A model generated the notes under the pieces. That model saw nothing but the letters and a program-made list of their open reading frames with translations. It was not told the origin of the DNA and did not search any database. A stretch of DNA of 64,000 bases, taken from an uncultured Nitrososphaerota archaeon (GTDB lineage: Archaea > Thermoproteota > EX4484-205 > JAAOZO01). Positions 29,636 to 39,444 of the stretch are shown here, piece by piece. The stretch covers positions 219,841 through 283,840 of the forward strand of contig CAYOYV010000001.1 in the NCBI GenBank assembly GCA_964408285.1, read 5' to 3'. The first letter of the stretch is position 1, and the number at the start of each line of letters is the position of its first letter. A program made the position numbers and the translations under genes.

Positions 29636-31060
29636 ATGGACAAGTTCCTGGTGATGGACGTTGGAACGACAACGATCAAGGTCGGCGTATTCTTGGAAGA
29701 TTCAACTCTGCTTCGGCAAGTCAGCGACCAGAACACACCAATTTCGGGGAGTCCGGGAGAATCGACAGTGGACTTCAACGAATCATGGTCTTCAGTCCTG
29801 AGACTCTGCAAGCTCGTACTGAGCGGATCTTCCCCTGATGAAATCAAAGCCGTCTCCTACACGGGAAACAGAGTTGCAGTCTCCTTTCTCGGGAGGAACG
29901 ATCAGATACTCTGTCCGGCGATGACGTGGATGGACTCCCGGACATCGTCATCATTCGAAGAAAGGATTGAGGAGTTTGACAAAAGGATCTTACTCCAGAA
30001 GATACTGTGGCTCAGAGACAATAACAAGGATCTGTTCAATCAAACGAAGAAAGTGCTTAGCCTCGATGCCTTTCTAAGCAAGAGACTTACTGGAAGGGAA
30101 TTGATCGGGACTCACACCGCAGTCTATGCACTGTACGATTGGCGAAGGCGGATTTGGGACAAGAGATTGGGTGAGCTCCAAGTTCCAGATTCCATCCTGC
30201 CCGAAGTCGCCGAGCCCGGTGAGACGATAGGTCCCATCTCAGCCGATGTGGCCTCGGAACTGAACCTGCATGATCGCACTCCTGTTATAATGGGCGTAGG
30301 AGACAATCAGGCATCAACCTTGGCCGTTGGGGCTTTGGCCAGAGGAGATACCAAGATAGGGCTTAGCACTGGGGCGTATGTTGACGTAGTACTCGACGAG
30401 CTGCCGTATGATTTCTATAACAGGGGAACTAGGACCTTCTGCCACCCCTACTTCGATGGAAAGGTTCTGTTCGAGGGCGTAGTGCCAGGAACAGGGATGG
30501 CATATAGGTGGTTCGGTGAGAACTTCGTCCCGTCTTTCAATCAAGCCAGTGCAAAAGGCGAAGATCCGTTCATCGAGGCCGAGAGGATGGCCCGGAATTC
30601 ACCTAGGGGGAGTGAAGGAGTCCTCATGATGCCATTGTTCATGTTCAAGAGAGGCATCTTCTGGGGTCTGTCCTACAGCAACAATCCCTCCCATTTCCTT
30701 AGGTCCATCATAGAGGGAACAGGATTCGGCTTGAAGATGTTCTTTGATATGGCACTTGCCCTTGGGGCAAATCCAGAATTAATCAGGATGGATGGAAGTG
30801 GGGCCAAATCAGATCTATGGAGGGAAGTGGTTTGCGACATATTGGAGAAGCCAGCGCTTGCCATGCGAAACCCGGATGCTTCAGCTCTGATCGGAACGGC
30901 GATGATGATGCGCAATTCCCTCGGACTGTCAACTGACCTGAAGAATGTTAGAAGAGATTGGCTTGCGCGTCATGAACCAAAAATGGATGGGTTCTATCAT
31001 GAGCCATACGAACGCTTTCTATCGAGATTCCTCGCAGAGGTCGCAGAGTCGAATATATAG
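29636..31060 (+). CDS. FGGY-family carbohydrate kinase (xylulokinase-like)
   Basis: DVGTTTIK, WMDSR, GDNQA, RSIIEG, GSGAKSDLW. Confidence 0.85.
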   Translation: MDKFLVMDVGTTTIKVGVFLEDSTLLRQVSDQNTPISGSPGESTVDFNESWSSVLRLCKLVLSGSSPDEIKAVSYTGNRVAVSFLGRNDQILCPAMTWMDSRTSSSFEERIEEFDKRILLQKILWLRDNNKDLFNQTKKVLSLDAFLSKRLTGRELIGTHTAVYALYDWRRRIWDKRLGELQVPDSILPEVAEPGETIGPISADVASELNLHDRTPVIMGVGDNQASTLAVGALARGDTKIGLSTGAYVDVVLDELPYDFYNRGTRTFCHPYFDGKVLFEGVVPGTGMAYRWFGENFVPSFNQASAKGEDPFIEAERMARNSPRGSEGVLMMPLFMFKRGIFWGLSYSNNPSHFLRSIIEGTGFGLKMFFDMALALGANPELIRMDGSGAKSDLWREVVCDILEKPALAMRNPDASALIGTAMMMRNSLGLSTDLKNVRRDWLARHEPKMDGFYHEPYERFLSRFLAEVAESNI

Positions 31061-31193
31061 TTCATGTTGCTGAACCTCTCGCCGATCAGGTGTTCTTTAG
31101 ATCTCTCCTGTGAGTGGGCAGTCAAGCCAATGCATTCTTTCACAGTCCGGAAATCCTTAAAGGGGCATCTTTCCTCGACTGACCCTGAGATCC

Positions 31194-31880
31194 TTGAAAC
31201 GTGGCGTTGAGCTGTTCCTTGTGATAGGCCTGGCGGTAGTGTTCAGCCTCTTTATATATCTGCGCTTCGATGATTTCTCTAGGTTTTTTCTTGAGGAGGA
31301 TCCAGCCTATAGGGGCCTGGCAATTTTCTTCCTATGCCTCATAAGTACTTCATCCGTAATCTTCCCGATACCATATACTGCAGCCATCCTTAGCCTTTCC
31401 GCAAAAATCCCTGGGATAAATCTACTGGAGATAGCTCTCTGGGGAGGTCTGGGATCTGGACTTGGCGAGGTCTCTGGCTGGTTGCTCGGTTCTTACTTCA
31501 GACGAAGGATACGGGATTCCAGGTATAGCGAAAGGCTGGTCGTCCTGTCCAAGATAGCCAACAGCAGGAAGAGCAGATGGCTTGTACCATTTCTGGTTTT
31601 TGTTTTTGCTTTCACATTCCTTCCAGACGATGTCATCTTCATAATACTTGGGGCGGCGAACTATGGGTTGCTTGGGGCCCTAATTCCCAGCATTCTAGGA
31701 AAGGTACTCATGTTATACACAGTGGCGTTCTTCGGGTCCACTATCGGGCAAGCGACCTCAGCACTGCCTGACTGGGCCTCTGTCGTAATCTCTGTTGCCT
31801 TGTTCGCCCTATTCCTCGCAATTCTTGAGCTCGTTGATTGGAATGCCTTGTTTGATCGCTATGCTAAGACCCTAGAATGA
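31194..31880 (+). CDS. DedA/VTT-family membrane protein
   Basis: FPIPY, GSGLGE...W.LG, FAFT.LPDD, GK. Confidence 0.8.
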   Translation: MKRGVELFLVIGLAVVFSLFIYLRFDDFSRFFLEEDPAYRGLAIFFLCLISTSSVIFPIPYTAAILSLSAKIPGINLLEIALWGGLGSGLGEVSGWLLGSYFRRRIRDSRYSERLVVLSKIANSRKSRWLVPFLVFVFAFTFLPDDVIFIILGAANYGLLGALIPSILGKVLMLYTVAFFGSTIGQATSALPDWASVVISVALFALFLAILELVDWNALFDRYAKTLE

Positions 31881-31983
31881 GTACTGCAAGAGAGCAGAGC
31901 ACGAGCGAGACATGTTGTGACTGGGACTCCCGAACTTCGCCGGAGTCAGATTTTTAACCCCTTGGCCAACGACTAGAAGGAGT

Positions 31984-32862
31984 TTGAAGTTCTGTATCTT
32001 GACCCATAGACCTTGGAGCCATTTCGTAGAGACCGTCCGCGCGTCAATCCAACATATGGGACATACTGTAAAGACAATAAGCTTCATGGATTTGTGCATC
32101 AGCATAAATGGGGGGGTAGATATCCTCAGCGAAAAGGAGAAAATAGCCGGCAGATTCGATGTATGTCTCGCAAGACCCTTCTTCAGACCAACTCTCATGA
32201 ATTTCCTTTTTTCGATCGAAGTTCTGAGATCTCTTGAGGACAATGGCCTTCCTGTCGTCAACAGCTCGTCGGCATTTCTCATAGGAGCGAACAAGTTGAC
32301 TCAATACGCACTTCTTAGCTCAAGAGGATTGCCGGTTCCGGGAACAGTTAGTTCACTGAATCCCCATGCTCTCTCCGCTTACCTCGAAACGGGGAACAAG
32401 GCCATCGCAAAGCGGATATGTGGCTCAAGAGGACAGGGAGTCATCCAAGTGGGAAACAGAAGGCAACTGATGAACCAAAAGAAGGCCGTAATGATGATTC
32501 AGGATTATGTCAGGGGTAGTAACTTCGATGTCAGAGGATTCTTCGTTGGCCATAGGTCCATTTCTTGGATGAAAAGAGTCTCCAATGAGATAGTGACGAA
32601 CATCAGCAGAGGCGGATCCGCAGAGGAATATTGTCCTGATGAAAAAGCAGTGAGCCTAGCATCGGCAGCTACTAGGGCCACCCAAGCTGCGATCGCCGGC
32701 GTTGACATTGCGTTTGACCCAAATGGCGATCCCTTCATACTCGAAGTCAATAGTCAACCTGATTTCATTGGGCTGGAAAAGGTCTCAAGGAGCGACATCA
32801 GTTCTTCGATAGTGGATCTTATGGTGAGGATTGGATCGGGTGAGCTGGATTGGATAAGGTAG
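31984..32862 (+). CDS. RimK-family ATP-grasp ligase (CofF/MptN-like)
   Basis: NK..Q, GLPVPGT, GSRGQGV, IQDYV, DVR, TNISRGG, GVD, LEVNSQPDF. Confidence 0.85.
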   Translation: MKFCILTHRPWSHFVETVRASIQHMGHTVKTISFMDLCISINGGVDILSEKEKIAGRFDVCLARPFFRPTLMNFLFSIEVLRSLEDNGLPVVNSSSAFLIGANKLTQYALLSSRGLPVPGTVSSLNPHALSAYLETGNKAIAKRICGSRGQGVIQVGNRRQLMNQKKAVMMIQDYVRGSNFDVRGFFVGHRSISWMKRVSNEIVTNISRGGSAEEYCPDEKAVSLASAATRATQAAIAGVDIAFDPNGDPFILEVNSQPDFIGLEKVSRSDISSSIVDLMVRIGSGELDWIR

Positions 32863-33485
32863 CAGTCGGCCTATTTGCCCATGAGGAGATCTCCCCAGAT
32901 GGGCCCTTTATCGAAGAATTACCCCTATCCGGAAAGAAGTCCATGGCTTGGCTTCTGGATAGAATAAGTGGGATAGCCGACTGCGTCATTGTCGTATCTC
33001 GATCTCATGGAAGACTTGAATCCATGGAAAGGATTATGGCAGACGATGGCAGGTTTGAGTACAAGCTCTTGATTGAGGACTCGAAAGCCATTACCAGCAT
33101 GTCAATTGCGGCACTGTCGGGTTTAGCAGACGAGGATTCAATGCTGGTAATGCCCACCTTCTCCCCCCTCATACCTGTCGATGTCCTAAGTCTAGTGGTG
33201 GAGTTGCTGGATGGCAGACATGCAGTCTTCGTCAGAGACAGAACGGGCGGTCTGTATAAGTATCTCTTCTCCGTTAGAGTCGAAGAGGGCAGGAATGCGT
33301 TTGGCCATCTGAGAGCAAAAGAGGAAGACCTGTATGAAATCCCTCAGCAACTTAGGAGGACAATGACGATATCTTGGACCGCTCTTTCGACAATGGACCC
33401 TCTTCACCTGACCTTCTTCAGAATCCGTTCTAGGCTAGATCTGCCTCTCGGAGAAAAAATGCTATCGAGGGTGGGAGGCAGTTGA
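32850..33485 (+). CDS. Degenerate MobA-like nucleotidyltransferase-fold protein
   Basis: MobA layout (L.GK, LVM...P.I, DP..LTFF.I....DL) but LAGG, DK and CD motifs are absent. Confidence 0.55.
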   Translation: MDKVAVGLFAHEEISPDGPFIEELPLSGKKSMAWLLDRISGIADCVIVVSRSHGRLESMERIMADDGRFEYKLLIEDSKAITSMSIAALSGLADEDSMLVMPTFSPLIPVDVLSLVVELLDGRHAVFVRDRTGGLYKYLFSVRVEEGRNAFGHLRAKEEDLYEIPQQLRRTMTISWTALSTMDPLHLTFFRIRSRLDLPLGEKMLSRVGGS

Positions 33486-34246
33486 AAACGAAGCAGGGAT
33501 CGATAATAATACTGGGAGTGGGATATCCCAAGATGGTCGCAGAAGGGACGAACCTTCCAGATCTGGTCCGTGATATAGCATCAAAGTCAGGATTTGGCCT
33601 GAAGAACGGTGACATTGTCATATTGAGCCACACGGCCGTAGCCAAGTCGTTGGGTCTGAAGACCAGATTGGCAAAGCTTAGACCCTCTGCGTTCGCGATG
33701 AGCCTAGCCGAAAGGACAGGTCAGGAGCCGGGATTGATCGAACTTGTCTTGAGGGAATCAAAGGAGTTGGTGAGGGTGGAAGACCACCACATAATATGCA
33801 GAAGCAAGGCAGGCATAATCTCGGCTCATGCTGGAATTGACGTTTCGAACGTCGATGGGGGCAGATCTGCTGTCTCCGTTCCGGAGGATCCTGACGAGGT
33901 AGCCCGAAGGTTCAGAGCTTGCTTCAAGAAGCTAGGACTCGACGTGGCTGTCATCATAACCGACACGTTAGGGAGGCCATTTAGGATGGGAGAGGTCAAC
34001 TTCGCGATAGGGTCCGCTGGCATTGCCCCGCTTCTAGATCTTAGAGGGAAAAAGGATTTGGTTGGAAGGACGCTCAGAGTGAAGAGGATAGCAATAGCGG
34101 ACGAATTGGCAGCAGCTTCAGAGCTGGTCACAGGGAGTTCGAGCGAGGGTGTGGTAGGTGCGATAATCAGAGGCTATCACTTCAAGCATTCTAGGAAAGG
34201 TGCAAGATCACTGCAGAGGCCCCCCTCGCGGGATCTCTTTGCCTAG
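33482..34246 (+). CDS. cofE: Coenzyme F420-0:L-glutamate ligase
   Basis: AGIDVSN, PEDPD, ITDTLGRPFR.G, ADELAAA, DLF. Confidence 0.9.
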   Translation: MKTKQGSIIILGVGYPKMVAEGTNLPDLVRDIASKSGFGLKNGDIVILSHTAVAKSLGLKTRLAKLRPSAFAMSLAERTGQEPGLIELVLRESKELVRVEDHHIICRSKAGIISAHAGIDVSNVDGGRSAVSVPEDPDEVARRFRACFKKLGLDVAVIITDTLGRPFRMGEVNFAIGSAGIAPLLDLRGKKDLVGRTLRVKRIAIADELAAASELVTGSSSEGVVGAIIRGYHFKHSRKGARSLQRPPSRDLFA

Positions 34247-34333
34247 TTCCTCTGACTTAGGCGCGCCTTGGTTCGTCTCTTCATGACTCGGAGCAATCTG
34301 CATCTGGGTGACGATGCTCTTGGATTGCTTGTC

Positions 34334-34636
34334 CTATCCGTGAAAGGAATACCTGCTTGAAAGCATGTGCCTGAGATCTGGTCTCTTCTCGAAATACGAT
34401 TCCACATAGGGGCATGCAGGATAGATCTTCAGACCTTTCTGCCTACAATATTCTATCAGTGCTTCGACCAGTCTTGCAGCTATTCCTTTTCCTCTGTGCG
34501 TGCTCGGCGTGTAAGTGTGTATTGCCTCGACTTCTCCATCTCTCTTTCTGAAGCTAAGCACTGCCCTATCGCCGTCTAGCGTTATTGACAGAGTACTCTC
34601 TGCTTCAGATTCCTCCAGGGAAACCCGATACTCCAT
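34334..34636 (-). CDS. Small GNAT acetyltransferase (YjdJ-like)
   Basis: HTYTP..HRGKGIA, PACPYV; ATG 34636. Confidence 0.85.
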   Translation of the reverse strand: MEYRVSLEESEAESTLSITLDGDRAVLSFRKRDGEVEAIHTYTPSTHRGKGIAARLVEALIEYCRQKGLKIYPACPYVESYFEKRPDLRHMLSSRYSFHG

Positions 34637-34740
34637 GGATTCGACCCAATGTAGTGCTGCAATAAATGCCTTGCCATCCGGCGATCGACTTACCATGGCT
34701 GTCTTGACTATCCTGACACGGGAATGTCCAGTCGATGCGA

Positions 34741-35403
34741 TCATACGGCCGAATGCCAAGAATAGCCAATCTGATCGAATTCCCCCATCTCGATCTGATC
34801 CACGGCTCTTCCGAATTTGTCCATTCCAACAGCCAAGCAATCGTTGGAGACGAATTCGACATCGGGGATTAGCGTCACTACCAAAGGGAATCCGATCACA
34901 TTCTCGCCTATGCCCCTGAAAGCCTTTTTCATGGCAGCTCGGCCAAAACGATTCACTTTCTCGGCATGAACCAAGCAAACGGACCGAAGAGCACCTTTTC
35001 TTCTCCATTTCTTGCATTCGGCAAATATTGCCCTATGGTACCGTATGCCGATGACATCGAATTGAGCCCTGCCGAGATGAGTGGTCACCAGGACGCGTCT
35101 CTTCGCATCGAAGTCCCTGATCTGCAATACTGAACAGACGAAGTCCTCAAACTCGGCGGGCCTCAAGTGCTGAGTTGCCCTTGACGCAGAGGCGCCTAAT
35201 CTGACAGCAAACTGGGAAAGCAAGGCCCTGGCTCCCCTTCTGAGTGTGAATCCCTTTTGATGTCTCTGTGCAAGCCCATGGGAGGCGATCGTGGTCAAGA
35301 CCGGTGTCAGGACTGAACCCTCAGCACTCTCAACAGAGAACCAATCCCTATTAGTTCTCAGAGCCTCGAGCAGGACCTCCAGAATCCTTGGATCACTATT
35401 CAT
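34741..35403 (-). CDS. Mrr-like PD-(D/E)XK endonuclease
   Basis: EFEDFV, QFDVIG, AECKKW. Confidence 0.75.
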   Translation of the reverse strand: MNSDPRILEVLLEALRTNRDWFSVESAEGSVLTPVLTTIASHGLAQRHQKGFTLRRGARALLSQFAVRLGASASRATQHLRPAEFEDFVCSVLQIRDFDAKRRVLVTTHLGRAQFDVIGIRYHRAIFAECKKWRRKGALRSVCLVHAEKVNRFGRAAMKKAFRGIGENVIGFPLVVTLIPDVEFVSNDCLAVGMDKFGRAVDQIEMGEFDQIGYSWHSAV

Positions 35404-35457
35404 TCAGAATAGAATATGACAATGCTTTAAAATGGTTGTCTGCCATGGCTAGGTGCC

Positions 35458-35976
35458 TTGGTACTCAGGCAAGGGGCAATGGGATGTCTCGTTCTCCTAG
35501 TCGTGCTTCTGGTGTGGTTGACGCCCACTGCTCTTGCGGAGGAGGAGGTCAAACTCACGATAGTCGCTGAAGGCCTGCCACAAGACGTTAACGCGAAAGT
35601 ATACATCAATCAGACCGCGATCCCTTTTCCCCTTAATGGCTCGTCTAGAGAGATGCCGATTGTACTGAGTTTCAGGAAAGGGACGAGGGTTGAGATCGAC
35701 ACAGAGGATCGCGTTCAGGGGTCATGGGGCACCATCTACGTCAGGAAGGGAGTGTTCATCCAGGGAACATCCAATGCCGCAAATAAGATAACACTGGACT
35801 CGGATATCACAGTTGTAGGGAGATATGAATGGTCCCATTTCCTTCTGCAGCCAATGCTTTGGCCTTTCTACGCAATCACGATGGCGATAGTACTTCTTCT
35901 GCTGGTGAGAAGAAGGTATGGCGGACAAGGCAAGGCCACAGAGAACGAGTCCGAAACTCCTTCTGAACGCCAATAG
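35458..35976 (+). CDS. Small exported protein with C-terminal TM anchor
   Basis: Signal peptide ending ALA, beta-rich core, TM + RRR; start may be ATG 35479. Confidence 0.7.
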   Translation: MVLRQGAMGCLVLLVVLLVWLTPTALAEEEVKLTIVAEGLPQDVNAKVYINQTAIPFPLNGSSREMPIVLSFRKGTRVEIDTEDRVQGSWGTIYVRKGVFIQGTSNAANKITLDSDITVVGRYEWSHFLLQPMLWPFYAITMAIVLLLLVRRRYGGQGKATENESETPSERQ

Positions 35977-36157
35977 TGGGATTCGGTTCAAGTGCCTCCA
36001 GTGTCGACTTCACAGAGACGTTCCTCTTCAGACGGGGTCCGCTAATCAGTAGATGCGACAGATTCAGCATGCACTCATAGATAGTTGAAACAATAAGGAG
36101 ATCTGGGCCATCACGAGCTTCCATTCTTGATATAGCCTTGGGACAAAATCGTAAGTC

Positions 36158-36165
36158 TTATATAA
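36158..36165 (+). promoter_or_regulatory. Archaeal TATA box for the Lys-rich peptide gene
   Basis: TTATATAA preceded by an A-rich BRE-like sequence, 32 nt before the ATG. Confidence 0.7.
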
Positions 36166-36197
36166 AGAAGGAGGGCTTTTTGTATTTGGAATAGTAC

Positions 36198-36365
36198 ATG
36201 GAAGAACCTAAACCTACTGAAACTACGGCTCCACCAACCACTTCTCCGACAGTCGCTCCAACGCCTCCTGCGCCGGAACCTCAGAAGAAAGCGCCAATCA
36301 AGAAGAAACCGGTGAAGAAGAAGATGCCAAAGAAGAAGACAAAGAAGAAGGCAAAGAAGAAGTAG
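36198..36365 (+). CDS. 55-aa Pro/Thr- and Lys-rich histone H1-like peptide (not in ORF track)
   Basis: MEEPKPTETTAPPTTSPTVAPTPPAPEPQKKAPIKKKPVKKKMPKKKTKKKAKKK; own TATA and T7 terminator. Confidence 0.8.
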   Translation: MEEPKPTETTAPPTTSPTVAPTPPAPEPQKKAPIKKKPVKKKMPKKKTKKKAKKK

Positions 36366-36397
36366 GTTCCGCTTTGCTGGGAAGGTGGAGCGATCTA

Positions 36398-36404
36398 TTT
36401 TTTT
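36398..36404 (+). terminator. Oligo-T archaeal terminator
   Basis: T7 tract 32 nt after the stop codon. Confidence 0.6.
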
Positions 36405-36429
36405 GCTTGAGTTCTATTCCTCTGATAGC

Positions 36430-37078
36430 ATGGAGTCTATCTGGCCATCGGTGACAGACCTTTCGAAATCATCGGAGGAGTGCGTACGCCTTCTATCTTC
36501 GTGCTACGAAAAGGTCCTGTCTGCGGATTATGATGGTTCGAGAGCCTTGGCGAAGTAGCTCACGGTCCTAGAGAGTCAGATTGACAATAATGTACACGAG
36601 CTTAGGGACCGAGCAGTCAAGAGCAACATTTTTTCCACAATAGGGCAGAAGATAGTCGGCACGATTCGTCTTCTGGAAGAAAGCCTGGACAAGACGATGG
36701 ACGCCGCCCGCATAATGACCCTAAGGAAGCTTGAACCGGGCGAGCTGAAGAACATGAGGGGGGAAGGTCAAGACCCGGGACTCGATAGGATATTCCATCA
36801 CTTGGTCCATATGAGCATTAAGGTGAATTTAGCGCTGGAACTAGTTCAGAGGGACATAGCAGAGGCAAACAAGAAGTCTGACAAGATAGAAGAGAGAGGA
36901 GGAGATAGACAAGATAAAGCTGAGGCTTCTTGAGAAGCTGAGCATGAGTGAAGACAGAATCAAGATATTGAGCCTTATGCAACTGAAAGAGCTAATCCTT
37001 GCCTTGGATTCGATAGCGGACACATTCGAGGATATCTCAGACGAGGTGCAGAGCATTTTTAGTCTGACTAGACTTTAG
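36430..37078 (+). pseudogene. DUF47 (PhoU-like phosphate transport regulator), disrupted
   Basis: ATG 36430; in-frame TAG 36556-58; frameshift in an AG repeat near 36895. Restored C-terminus EEEIDKIKLRLL...LKELILALDSIADTFED fits DUF47; lies upstream of PiT. Confidence 0.75.
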
Positions 37079-37080
37079 CG

Positions 37081-37995
37081 GTGCCGAAATTGGAGCTTTG
37101 GTCGTTGCTTCTGTACATCCTTCTCTCAACCTCGACCGGTCCTGCGGAGGGATGGCCCCTCGTGACACGGCTTGGCTCGTCAGAATGGCTCTCAAGAAGG
37201 AATGCTGCCGGCTTGATTGCTATCTCTATGGCTCTTGGAATCGCTGTGGGAGGGCACTCGTCAATCTCCCCGGGCTTGTTCTGCTGGTCAGGGCGCTGGG
37301 GGATGGTTACAGGGCATGTCTCTGCTGCGGATATGCTTCTGGTCCTCTTCGGAGGATTCGCACCTGTCTCAATCTCCCAGACAATTCTCGCAGCAAGGAT
37401 TGGAACTGGGCTAGGCGGCGGACTCGCCATATTCGGTTCAGTGGTTCAACTGCTTCATTGGTTGGTCTCACCTGCAATTGTGTATGTATTGACACTGCTG
37501 TTCTATCTCGTGTTTGCCGATCTTGCGGGAATGGCCAAGCCGATCGGGACCTTGGAAAAGGTGATGACGATAGCGATGCACTCCTCACTAGTCACAGCCT
37601 CTTTCTGGAGAGGAGCCAATTTCCGTGGAGTATTGGCCTCTCTACTCATGCCAAGAGTTGGTGCTTTCACAGCCTTGGCTGTAACTGCAATTCTCGTAGG
37701 GCTTTCCACGATCGCCTCGATCAGATCACATAGCCTTGGGTTTCGATTTGCTTTTCCGCCTGATCCGTTTCCCCTTGCCTCCATCATACTTGCGGTGACC
37801 TCTGCCGTGTCCTTTGGGCTCTTTTTCGGAATCGTCTCTTCCTATTCCCAGCTAATCTACTCCTCTCAGCTGTATTTCGAGAGCAGGATGCTCGGCGCGC
37901 GAAGCCAGACCGCAAGGAAGTTCATATTGAGTTTTGGTCCCGCAGTCGCCTCTCTTGTGGCCTCCTTCGTCATCGTTGTTTTTCTGGGGAGTTGA
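37081..37995 (+). CDS. Degenerate PiT-family phosphate transporter
   Basis: PVSISQTI..RIG.GL and WLVSP retained; both GAND signatures altered (GPAE, GANF). Confidence 0.6.
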   Translation: MPKLELWSLLLYILLSTSTGPAEGWPLVTRLGSSEWLSRRNAAGLIAISMALGIAVGGHSSISPGLFCWSGRWGMVTGHVSAADMLLVLFGGFAPVSISQTILAARIGTGLGGGLAIFGSVVQLLHWLVSPAIVYVLTLLFYLVFADLAGMAKPIGTLEKVMTIAMHSSLVTASFWRGANFRGVLASLLMPRVGAFTALAVTAILVGLSTIASIRSHSLGFRFAFPPDPFPLASIILAVTSAVSFGLFFGIVSSYSQLIYSSQLYFESRMLGARSQTARKFILSFGPAVASLVASFVIVVFLGS

Positions 37996-38638
37996 TCCAT
38001 TCGACTATTGGCAGAAGTTCTCTCAAGTCATCAATGAAGTAGTGAGCTACCTTCCCTAGCTCTGCCGCGTCCACTGCCTTGGGTCTGAATGCCACTCTAT
38101 GTCCGCACATCTGCAGGATTCCGGCATCGAATCTTGTGTCTGCGACTCCCATCGTCTCGAGATCCGAGACACCGGCCCTTCTGAGGATTTCCTCAAGAAC
38201 CAGCCCCTTGCGATATGGATCCACCCTTGGCACTCCCCTTCCAGTTGATCTCCCTTTTGTATCGAATTCGATCCCATTTGCGACATGGAAATCGATGCCA
38301 AGCCTGGCCGAGACGGCGTCAGCCAATATATCAAGGCCGCTACTTATTATTGCCGTCTTTATGCTTCTCCTCTTCAGCCCGTCAATCATCTGTTCCGCCC
38401 CGGGATTTAGTTCGTAGTCATCGAGTATGAAATCGAAGACACTTCTGCTTATGCCCTTTGGCCAAGCTCCAATGTCGTGATCCATGAATTCTACATAATC
38501 TATCTCGCGTTTCTCATATCTCGCCAGACCTACATCGCCTCTATGCTCCGTGCCAAAGAATTCATGAGCCTTTCTCCAGCTACTTTTGTCTGAAAGCAAT
38601 GTGCCATCGAGGTCGAAAACCATCATTCTGATCCCCAA
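37970..38638 (-). CDS. HAD phosphatase (phosphoserine phosphatase-like)
   Basis: FDLDGTL...SSW, ISSG, K, AD..FD. Confidence 0.88.
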   Translation of the reverse strand: MGIRMMVFDLDGTLLSDKSSWRKAHEFFGTEHRGDVGLARYEKREIDYVEFMDHDIGAWPKGISRSVFDFILDDYELNPGAEQMIDGLKRRSIKTAIISSGLDILADAVSARLGIDFHVANGIEFDTKGRSTGRGVPRVDPYRKGLVLEEILRRAGVSDLETMGVADTRFDAGILQMCGHRVAFRPKAVDAAELGKVAHYFIDDLRELLPIVEWINSPEKQR

Positions 38639-38700
38639 GCTCTTTCGTCGCGAAATTGCGGAGTTGATTTATAAAGCAGCCGGTCCTTCTGATTCGCGAG

Positions 38701-39444
38701 ATGAGGATTAGGCAGGTCGTCTTCGCCTCAATATGTGGAGCCCTCTACGCCACAGTTGGGATGTTGACATATCTCGGCATATTCGCTCCCGTGTTCGGAG
38801 TAGTCAGGTTTTGGCCGGCAGTTATCGTGCCCGGCTTCTTCACATTATCCTTTGGTCCTCAAGTCGGGGCACTTGGGGCAGCTCTTGGCATATTCATATC
38901 AGATCTTCTGATACATGGAGACGCTCTTCTGTCGATAACGATTGGAGTTCCATCAAATCTCCTTGGCTTCTATCTGATGGGCGTAATTGGACGAAAGAAG
39001 GGAATGAGATCCAGCCTACTGAGGCTCCTTACAGCCCTTGGAGCCTTGGCAAGTTTCGCCTTGATCGACTACTTCTACTTCAGCCTCGTTGCGGGAAGTC
39101 CAACAGTGTATGACATTGCAGCAGCCTTGGCACTTGGCCTATTGGTATCGATACCGTTTCTGTGGGGCTACTTCAAGGGGGACGAGGCTCTTCTCAGGTA
39201 TGCTCTGGCCTCGAATGTAGGTCTGCTTCTTGGAAGCATTTACATTGGCACAGGGATCTGGCTCTATAGCCAAGTCCTGTCACTTCCTCCCGGCGTCATG
39301 GGTGGACAATCGAAGCTTCCGATTGCCGCTGCTGTCTTTCTGGCGCTTTGGACTTATTCAACCGAGATACCCTTTCTCTTAATAGTGGTGCCGCCATTGA
39401 TCAGGGCTATGCCAAAATCGTTGGTTCCTGGGGAGGTCACATGA
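38701..39444 (+). CDS. ECF transporter S-component (QueT-like), likely pantothenate uptake
   Basis: A.ICGALYA, VRFWPAVIVP, FGP.VGALGAALGIFISD; ATGA overlap with the PanK gene. Confidence 0.75.
   Translation: MRIRQVVFASICGALYATVGMLTYLGIFAPVFGVVRFWPAVIVPGFFTLSFGPQVGALGAALGIFISDLLIHGDALLSITIGVPSNLLGFYLMGVIGRKKGMRSSLLRLLTALGALASFALIDYFYFSLVAGSPTVYDIAAALALGLLVSIPFLWGYFKGDEALLRYALASNVGLLLGSIYIGTGIWLYSQVLSLPPGVMGGQSKLPIAAAVFLALWTYSTEIPFLLIVVPPLIRAMPKSLVPGEVT

Noticed and set aside
34247-34333. C/D-like boxes on the minus strand (CCGA, ATGAAGA)
   Set aside because: No convincing C box or terminal CTGA, and no recognisable target
35876-36124. 82-aa minus-strand ORF
   Set aside because: No recognisable motif and overlaps a better-supported gene
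36556-36558. Pyrrolysine readthrough of the TAG in DUF47
   Set aside because: The same gene has a frameshift, TAG ends many genes here, and no pyl genes are in the window
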